Shown: positions 58,401 to 64,000 of the stretch, piece after piece
Layout: every line of letters begins with the position of its first letter
Position numbering within the stretch: position 1 is the first letter of the stretch
Origin: Candidatus Woesebacteria bacterium RIFCSPLOWO2_01_FULL_39_61
Lineage (GTDB): Bacteria > Patescibacteriota > Microgenomatia > UBA8517
Direction: 5' to 3'
Length of the DNA: 64,000 bases
Assembly: GCA_001793155.1 (NCBI GenBank)
Contig: MGHI01000040.1
Span: 3,209-67,208, forward strand
The notes under the pieces: model-generated
The model's input: the letters and a program-made list of their open reading frames with translations, nothing else
The model's database searches: none
Told to the model about the DNA's origin: nothing
Position numbers and translations under genes: made by a program

Positions 58401-58677
58401 CCTTTTCTAAAACTTCCCTGTACACAAGCTTCTTTTCATCAGATAGTGTACCTCCTTCAAATAGTAGAGCCTTCGTGTTTTTTTCCTGAAGCCTATCTAT
58501 ATATTCCCTTCTAGACATAGACCTTTTTTCAATGTCCCCAAGAATTGCATCCATCCTCTCTGAATCAGGATCGTTACCAATATATCTCTTACCCTCTAGT
58601 TTTCCGCTACTTGGTTCCCAACTGGTGGTCGCAATTTTTATATCTGGTCGTCCTTCTCCTTCTGGTCCGTCGCTCAT
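55486..58677 (-). CDS. Large acidic/charged helical protein, candidate T4SS effector
   Basis: ~1063 aa from MSDG; no signal peptide; coiled coils; basic C-terminus 'EEKKKRRAV'. Confidence 0.6.
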   Translation of the reverse strand: MSDGPEGEGRPDIKIATTSWEPSSGKLEGKRYIGNDPDSERMDAILGDIEKRSMSRREYIDRLQEKNTKALLFEGGTLSDEKKLVYREVLEKATIGALHVEFRDSEKLMGIIEEINREKAQDPNESLFLLIQNRLLGLVDTPSGFTVNGQNLTDDEVAKAVEGLKFARDEVLVQSAKAAGIFRHTDPVSGEVRGINVQIKKAQMDNDYIDAMDVIGGLGRNASELHRVETRSLNRSTVDFGGMSSAYIGGALDQMEFHLAEAQLEYYPGAALAAEAAGDTKTATEYRKVAEEAKLYLDRYGKTIDLERWGKERPQLKKDASDFIQGKGKYRKPEVATGGAVAGDALLEQLKKMADFTEGQYRMAVEQNRALLSGYEAVVHAMKHRAFTNPEGFDSSNPYWFRFEQRPDGTRISNEDREKYQDSIRLFLQLNYLSYIKELTGAKTSENWIEAQGARLSREYFREAWDNTPGFRMAVLTLAKDVFQDFPDKVGAEAAEEAKTLTEKIQRGEFQGDELVKVQEKVEKLNFATGFNFKQFVLSETGYQLLSDKKNLDAYRKALTKAMSERLSDQGLQKSIDELESLKTRKVQGEDVDAEITKAERNLENHQKEVEEARKWATDHRVTVEDLIQTSVHAADDLFYATGAYDSGDVYRAQTEAIKEEDDPTRKDYAIKLQESATISDGVRELFSPGLKLKERLSARKRFERKSAEIKRIREDVAAGRIAPDKLDEAERKAADMERTLNAERAYGGPLGEWTRENYSVKDRKTKKGTTFREEFDEGERDYIPERMFYSVLEMIDTGGQEYADPQTGERSRHPSTSIADVLIDKERYVRAVPIETAQKAVIKFEKGQKTITKEVPIELVDLTENGNENAGKVLDEVRAGEWWGYYWDVGSAVVALEGHQMSGDPKKRLSRESFLDKWIKVRGDAKLAPIFTDRAYLLGATALIMSPEKGFVTGQAETILDIPESAYNAIVTSVLSDNRFFMSPERRKQLYDSLHARDVLTSDWNLLYDIYIEGTLFAPRERSRRGISKKMAKEIEAFEEEQRRIDEEKKKRRAVQTTTPTP

Positions 58678-58722
58678 TTTTCCTTTCACTAATCAAATTA
58701 TATCATCTTAATTATACTTCAT

Positions 58723-58989
58723 CTATAAATTTTGTGAAAACGCTTCAGGTTTGAAAAAAAATGGAAGAAATATCACTTTAAGAAATTCCTCTAACGTCAT
58801 AGAGGCCTGGTTTAAAATACTCTGAAAGGTTCCCATCGCAACTTCCTTGTGGTTGGGAATAATGATAGTTTGAAGTTTACCTCTCCAAAAACCCTTAAGT
58901 TTGACGTGGCTTCCCTTCTGAGATACTTTGTAAAATCCTGCCTTTTTAAAAGATTTTATGATTACTCTGGCTGAGTAAAGCTTAGGCAT
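58723..58989 (-). CDS. hicA: HicA-family toxin
   Basis: 'KAGFYKVSQKGSHVKL...IIPNHKEVAMGTFQSILNQA'. Confidence 0.9.
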   Translation of the reverse strand: MPKLYSARVIIKSFKKAGFYKVSQKGSHVKLKGFWRGKLQTIIIPNHKEVAMGTFQSILNQASMTLEEFLKVIFLPFFFKPEAFSQNL

Positions 58990-59197
58990 AAATAAGTCGT
59001 AGCTCAGGGTTTTTTGGAACACCAACGGTCGGAAGTTTAACGTTCTCGTCTTCCAACAGCAATTCAACGGCTTCCTTTAAATTGTTAAGGGCCTCTTTTT
59101 CTGTTCTACCTTGGCTGGCAAGCTCAATTCCGATGAGTTTAGCAACAAACAATTTTTCTTCCTGCCAAACAAGGGCTGACAATTTCCTCTTCGCCAT
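58982..59197 (-). CDS. hicB: HicB-family antitoxin (short form)
   Basis: 'ASQGRTEKEALNNLKEAVELLLE'. Confidence 0.9.
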   Translation of the reverse strand: MAKRKLSALVWQEEKLFVAKLIGIELASQGRTEKEALNNLKEAVELLLEDENVKLPTVGVPKNPELRLIYA

Positions 59198-59381
59198 ACT
59201 AGCTAATAGTAGTAAAAACAACTGCAGTAATCAAGGATTAATTAATTTTGTGAAAACGCTTCAGGGTTGAAAGGAAATAATATTATCGATTTTATTCTCG
59301 AATCTCGGGAGTCTGAAAATAGTGCAAATTTACTGATATAATAGAGAGAGTACATTTTCGGAATGCGATGTCTGTAAGCTC

Positions 59382-59633
59382 ATGCTACAAAAAATTTTAC
59401 AAAATAAGCCTTATCTGGCCTGGTATGTTAAAAATAGAAGTACGCTTTCGGACGTGAGTACGTTGGAACATATTTTATCCTACGGTAATTGGGACGATAT
59501 TTTGGAAGCAGAAAAGACCGTGGGAATCTCTAAAATGAAGTCTCTTTTTCAAGAAATCGCATCAAAAAAAAGAGTAAACCTCAAACCACAAACGCTCAAT
59601 TTCTTTCAAAACTATTTCGATAAATATGCATGA
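59382..59633 (+). CDS. Small partner/antitoxin of the downstream nucleotidyltransferase
   Basis: 'LAWYV...EHILSYGNWDD'; 8-nt overlap with the next gene. Confidence 0.7.
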   Translation: MLQKILQNKPYLAWYVKNRSTLSDVSTLEHILSYGNWDDILEAEKTVGISKMKSLFQEIASKKRVNLKPQTLNFFQNYFDKYA

Positions 59634-60237
59634 AGAAATTCTATCGGAAAATCAAAAGAGGCTTCTTCCTCTCCTAAATAGATTCTCGGGAAAATTCGGG
59701 CTGGTTGGCGGAACCGCAATTGCACTACATATTGGCCATAGAAGGTCCCTCGACCTTGACCTGGCAACTCTTGAAAGTACAAAAAACGAAAAAGTAGCGA
59801 ACGAAGTAAGAAGTCTTTACTCAATAGAAAGTGTTCTTGTCGATGAAGTAAACGAATTAAGTATAGTTGTAGAATCCGTCAAGCTCACTTTCTTTACCTA
59901 CCCTTTCCACATTGAATTTACAGACAAGCTGACCCAAGTTTTAAAAATGCCAGATTTAGTAACACTATCTTCTATGAAAGCTTACGCTCTGGGGAGAAGA
60001 GCAAAATGGAAGGATTATGTGGATTTGTATTTTGTTTTTAAGAATTACTCTTTAAAGGATGTTGTAGATAAGTCAAAAGGGATCTTCAAGGGTGAGTTTA
60101 ACGAAAAATTATTTAGAGAAGAACTTAGTTATTTTGAAGACATAGATTATTCAGAAGAAATTGACTATATGGAAGGCTTTAAGACGAACGACGACGTCAT
60201 TAGAAATGCTCTAAAGGAAGTCAGCCTTCAGAAGTAA
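59626..60237 (+). CDS. AbiEii/AbiGii-family nucleotidyltransferase toxin
   Basis: 'LVGGTAIALHIGHRRSLDLDL', 'MKAYALGRRAKWKDYVDLY'. Confidence 0.9.
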   Translation: MHEEILSENQKRLLPLLNRFSGKFGLVGGTAIALHIGHRRSLDLDLATLESTKNEKVANEVRSLYSIESVLVDEVNELSIVVESVKLTFFTYPFHIEFTDKLTQVLKMPDLVTLSSMKAYALGRRAKWKDYVDLYFVFKNYSLKDVVDKSKGIFKGEFNEKLFREELSYFEDIDYSEEIDYMEGFKTNDDVIRNALKEVSLQK

Positions 60238-60435
60238 TAACTAAAACCTGGTGACCAGTTAACTTGAAGCCAACCTTTTTCAGTACAGTTTTCGCTCACT
60301 CCCAGCTCCGTCACTCATTTTTCCTTTCACTAATCAAATTATACCATCATTAGAAAAGTTTGTGAAAACGCTTCAGGGTTGAAAAAGCACGTTCACGAGG
60401 TAAGGTAAAGGGTGAAGGTTAAAGGGTAAAAGAAA

Positions 60436-60822
60436 ATGACTATTCCCTCCCAAGTCACTAGCTACAAAAAATTACAACTATATCAGAAGGCCAGGCTTTT
60501 AGTTCTTAAAACATACCAGATTACATCCTTATATCCAAAGTCAGAATTGTATTCATTGGTTCCTCAGATGCGAAGATCAGCCATGTCTGTACTTGCAAAT
60601 ATTGTAGAAGGATATTCAAAAGAAAGCGCACCTGAATATGCCAGATTTTTAACTATTTCTATCGGATCTATAACTGAACTCGAGGTTTATTTAGACATCT
60701 CTTTAGATTTGGGTTACCTTTCAAAAGATAAACTTGATAAAATGAATACAATAATAATTGAAGTAAAAAGACTTTTGTACGGATCAAGAAAAAGGGCTCG
60801 AGAAAAGATAAGTATAAAGTAA
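60436..60822 (+). CDS. Four-helix-bundle protein (TIGR02436 / 23S rRNA IVP family)
   Basis: 'SYKKLQLYQKA', 'YPKSELYSLVPQMRRSAMSVLANIVEG', 'RFLTISIGSITE'. Confidence 0.92.
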   Translation: MTIPSQVTSYKKLQLYQKARLLVLKTYQITSLYPKSELYSLVPQMRRSAMSVLANIVEGYSKESAPEYARFLTISIGSITELEVYLDISLDLGYLSKDKLDKMNTIIIEVKRLLYGSRKRAREKISIK

Positions 60823-60856
60823 CTTTCACCTTTTACCTCTTGCCTTTTACCTATAC

Positions 60857-61882
60857 ATGGATCAAGAACACCCGATACCGCAACAAATTTCAGCCTATCA
60901 ATTCAGGCTGGTCGGAGATATGACCTTGAAACAGTTTTTTCAGGTTGCTGCCGGAGTTTTAATTTCTTTGGTTATTTATTCTTCGGGTCTGACGCCGTAT
61001 ATTAAATGGCCGCTGATAATCCTTTCATTTTTGGCGGGCATTGCTTTTGCCTTTTTTCCGCTTGAAGATAGACCGCTCTCTAAATGGCTTTTCCTTTTTG
61101 TAAAAGCAATATACTCTCCTACAATTTATACCTGGAAAAAAAAAGTTGTCGAACCTCAGTTTTTCCAACCCGAACCGATTTCTCAGCCTACTTCGATGCC
61201 TCAAACACCTGCCATAGAGGATTTGGCAACTAAACAGGCTCCTGTACCAAGTCTGGAGCCTTCTCCGAAGGAGTTTCAAAAATTTGAACAGCGCGAAAAA
61301 GAATTTATGTCAAAGGTGTCGGAACAATTTGAGTCAGCAAAAAAAGTTGAACTTGGCGGGAAAGCTCCACGACAAGTTCCTCTGGATAATGATAAGGTTA
61401 AGGTTCCCCAAGTTCCGGCCCTGACGGTCGAAAAGACAGAGAAAAAGCCCGTCGTTCCAATCCCGGAACTTAGCGTTTCGGACGTCGGAAGCGAAATAAC
61501 CGCTTCCGTCGGACAAAGAATGAACGAGGTTAAACTCGCGGAATTTTCTCCGGAAGCAGCACCCCCAACCCCTCCCACAAAATCCAACATTGTTGTGGGA
61601 CAGGTCATAGATTCAAAAGGCATGATTATTGAAAATGCAATTCTTGAAATTAAAGATCCTGAAGGCCGTTCGGTAAGAGCTCTCAAAAGCAACAAGCTAG
61701 GGCACTTTATGATTGTTACGCCTTTGGCAAACGGTAAATATGAGATAATAACTGAGAAAGAAGGGTTTACCTTTGAACCGATATCCTTTGAAGCAAGAGG
61801 AGATATTATACCACCGGTTTTCGTCAAAGCCAATCAAATTGAAGCTAATCTAGCTACTAATCAACCAACAATGGTTAACTAA
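60857..61882 (+). CDS. PrgI-family protein with C-terminal carboxypeptidase-regulatory-like domain
   Basis: 'QEHPIPQQISAYQFRLVGDMTLKQF', 'EDRPL..W', 'RALKSNKLGHF'. Confidence 0.85.
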   Translation: MDQEHPIPQQISAYQFRLVGDMTLKQFFQVAAGVLISLVIYSSGLTPYIKWPLIILSFLAGIAFAFFPLEDRPLSKWLFLFVKAIYSPTIYTWKKKVVEPQFFQPEPISQPTSMPQTPAIEDLATKQAPVPSLEPSPKEFQKFEQREKEFMSKVSEQFESAKKVELGGKAPRQVPLDNDKVKVPQVPALTVEKTEKKPVVPIPELSVSDVGSEITASVGQRMNEVKLAEFSPEAAPPTPPTKSNIVVGQVIDSKGMIIENAILEIKDPEGRSVRALKSNKLGHFMIVTPLANGKYEIITEKEGFTFEPISFEARGDIIPPVFVKANQIEANLATNQPTMVN

Positions 61883-61896
61883 AAAAATATTACAAA

Positions 61897-62565
61897 ATGG
61901 CAATACCTTTTCTAAGTACTCCTGATAAAACAATTCTTTCAACCACGCAGGACCTTATTCCTTTAGCTGATATTGTCGACGGAGTTGTGATCTATAAAAA
62001 CGGAGGCGCTGCCCAAATCATGGAATCAACTTCTCTTAATTTTGGCCTCTTAAGCGAAAACGAACAAGAAGCAGTTATTGCATCATATGCGGGACTTCTT
62101 AACTCTTTCAATTTCCCAGTCCAAATCGTGGTCAGGTCACAAAAAAAGGATATCTCTATTTATATGAATTTCTTAAACGAAGCCCAATCTAAAATTAATA
62201 ATCCAAAATTGATTCATATAATGGAAGACTATAAAAATTTTATAGCCGAAGCGATTAAAAAGAAAAATGTGCTTAGTAAAAAGTTCTATATCGTGGTTTC
62301 CTTTTCTCCTTTCGAACTAGGATTAGGAAAGTCTTTAGTAACAACTTTTAGGCCATCGAAAAAAGGGGCACTCTTACCATTTCCCAAATCCTACGTTGTA
62401 AGAAAAGCAAAAATTGCTCTTTTCCCTAAAAGAGAACACTTAGCAAGACAGGCAAGAAGATTAAATATTCAGCTAAAACCCCTGTCGAACGAAGACCTTA
62501 TCCGACTTTTTTATAATACTTATAACCCTGAACCTCCTGTAAAGGAAATGGGGATTCTGGGATAA
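61897..62565 (+). CDS. TraC/VirB4-associated conjugation-like protein
   Basis: 'STTQDLIPLADIVDGVV', 'SLNFGLLSENEQEAVI..Y..LLNS..FPVQI'. Confidence 0.7.
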   Translation: MAIPFLSTPDKTILSTTQDLIPLADIVDGVVIYKNGGAAQIMESTSLNFGLLSENEQEAVIASYAGLLNSFNFPVQIVVRSQKKDISIYMNFLNEAQSKINNPKLIHIMEDYKNFIAEAIKKKNVLSKKFYIVVSFSPFELGLGKSLVTTFRPSKKGALLPFPKSYVVRKAKIALFPKREHLARQARRLNIQLKPLSNEDLIRLFYNTYNPEPPVKEMGILG

Positions 62566-62655
62566 GCTGCTGCGGAATTGATACTGCAGCAGTCTCGAAC
62601 TTTGTGTGAGACTAGCTTGTTCACTCCTCGCCCAAAGGCGAGTTTGAATAAATAT

Positions 62656-64000
62656 ATGAAGCTGCCGAGCCTATTTAGAAAAAAACCAAAAGAAAAAGAG
62701 AGTCAAAAACCGGATATAAATAAAGCCGATCAGGTCATTAGCCCTACTGACCAAAAATCTCCGACAGCTACAGCCGCAGGGGTTAATAACGGCAAAAACA
62801 TACCTCCACCGGATAAGCCAAAAATAGATGACCCCGTTGTTGCAATTAGTCAAAATGAAAGTCTTATAAATGTAATTGCTCCCGAGATGGTCGAGTTGGA
62901 TTTTGACTTTTTTAGGGTTAACAATGTCTATTTGCGCACGCTTTTCATTTCGGGTTATCCGAGATTTGTTTCTCCGGGATGGCTAGAACAGGTCATTAAC
63001 TTTAATAGCTCCCTCGACATCTCATTTTTTATCTATCCGATTGAGGGCAAAGGAGTGCTGGATGATCTCCTACACAAGGTTGCCGAAATGGAAGCGGAAA
63101 TTGCAACCGATCTTGAGCGTGGAAAAATAATCAATCCGGCAACACAGGCAAGGCTTGACGACGCAAGGCTTCTGCAAGATGAATTGGTCAAAGGAGCCGA
63201 GCATTTTTTTGAATTCGCTTTCTATATTACTATCCGCGCCTTTGACTTTGAGCAACTAAATCAAATTACTAAACAAGTCGAGTCAACGCTGGGGTCGCTT
63301 CTTATAACCGCAAAGCACAGCACTCTCGATATGGAAAACGGGTTCCTTTCAACCTCTCCCTTCGGCTTAGACAGAATTTCGATTACCCGCAACATGGATA
63401 CAACTTCTTTGTCAACAACCTTCCCCCTCACCTCGGCTGAGTTGTCCAGCGACAAAGGAGTGCTTTACGGAATTAACTCTCAAAACGGATCTTTTATTAT
63501 TTTTGATCGGTTCTCGATGGAAAATTCCAACATGACCGTGTTCGCGACTAGCGGAGCTGGAAAATCTTATTTCGTTAAACTCGAATCTCTGAGGTCTCTA
63601 ATGCTTGGGTCGGAGGTAATTATCATTGACCCCGAAAGCGAATATAAAGCGCTATCCGACGCCGTCGGAGGAGAATATCTCACATTTTCTTTTAATTCCC
63701 CAAGCAAAATCAATCCCTTCGGGCTTTCCCAAATTCATGAGGAGGGTGAAAATCAATTAAACCTAAAAATTCTTTCGCTGCATTCGCTTTTCAAAATTAT
63801 TATGGGAGCGATCACTCCTCCCCAAGAAGCCCTTCTGGATCGGGCTCTCGTCGAAACTTACAGATCAAAAGGAATTGATATGGATCCTACAACCCAAACT
63901 AAGGAACCTCCTCTAATGGAGGATTTATACAAAGTATTAATCGGAATGGAGGTTCCGGAAGCCCTCGATTTGGCCGCTCGAATCGAAAAGTATGTTCGAG
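62656..64000 (+). CDS. virB4: VirB4-like ATPase (3'-partial; not in the ORF track)
   Basis: Frame from ATG 62656; 'TFPLTS', 'YGIN', 'FDRF', Walker A FATSGAGKS at 63541, 'IIDPESEY', 'INPF'. Confidence 0.88.
   Translation, partial: MKLPSLFRKKPKEKESQKPDINKADQVISPTDQKSPTATAAGVNNGKNIPPPDKPKIDDPVVAISQNESLINVIAPEMVELDFDFFRVNNVYLRTLFISGYPRFVSPGWLEQVINFNSSLDISFFIYPIEGKGVLDDLLHKVAEMEAEIATDLERGKIINPATQARLDDARLLQDELVKGAEHFFEFAFYITIRAFDFEQLNQITKQVESTLGSLLITAKHSTLDMENGFLSTSPFGLDRISITRNMDTTSLSTTFPLTSAELSSDKGVLYGINSQNGSFIIFDRFSMENSNMTVFATSGAGKSYFVKLESLRSLMLGSEVIIIDPESEYKALSDAVGGEYLTFSFNSPSKINPFGLSQIHEEGENQLNLKILSLHSLFKIIMGAITPPQEALLDRALVETYRSKGIDMDPTTQTKEPPLMEDLYKVLIGMEVPEALDLAARIEKYVR

Larger units (their letters stand above)
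58666..60386. repeat. Direct repeats: 26-bp box x3 and 42-bp gene-start duplication x2
   Basis: TTTGTGAAAACGCTTCAGG(G/T)TTGAAA at 58731, 59247 and 60359; 58666-58707 matches 60307-60348 with 2 mismatches. Confidence 0.9.

Noticed and set aside
58731-60386. Three 26-bp direct repeats as a CRISPR array
   Set aside because: Spacings are about 0.5 and 1.1 kb and contain genes; no cas genes in the window.
53216-60822. Four-helix-bundle genes as Avd of a diversity-generating retroelement
   Set aside because: No reverse transcriptase and no TR/VR pair with adenine-specific mismatches seen.
61276-61833. 185-aa minus-strand ORF
   Set aside because: Antisense shadow of the prgI-family gene.

Overview
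This is a 64-kb chromosomal window from a Patescibacteria (CPR) genome, most likely Microgenomates (Woesebacteria-like). That assignment is inferred from gene content; the genetic code is 11. From left to right it holds: small stress/membrane genes; two C39-like peptidases, a lamin-tail protein and msrA; dnaG-rpoD; a ~14-kb array of GT-C-type membrane glycosyltransferases around one GT2; a large-serine-recombinase (LSR) element integrated at tRNA-Ser(TGA); a cluster of four tRNA-Ser plus tRNA-Arg(GCG); comF, smpB and tmRNA with a decayed island; and the CPR T4SS-like locus (SpoIID, 8 VirB2/TrbC-like pilins, a Cys-rich protein, VirB6-like, PrgI, VirB4), interrupted by toxin-antitoxin cassettes and four-helix-bundle genes. 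The main unexplained signals are: (1) three stacked orphan recombinase tails/attP-like half-sites, each with a TTCGAAC-like motif shifted exactly 5 bp relative to the tRNA target, with the same shift at tmRNA; (2) an intact tRNA-Ser(CGA) nested between inverted repeats inside a broken tRNA-Ser; (3) a 105-bp palindromic MITE inserted in frame in a glycosyltransferase gene; (4) four-helix-bundle genes bracketed by inverted heptamer arrays; (5) a pseudoknot-like 5' leader of the recombinase; (6) direct repeats bounding the TA cassettes. All family assignments come from motif recognition by eye, not from database searches.
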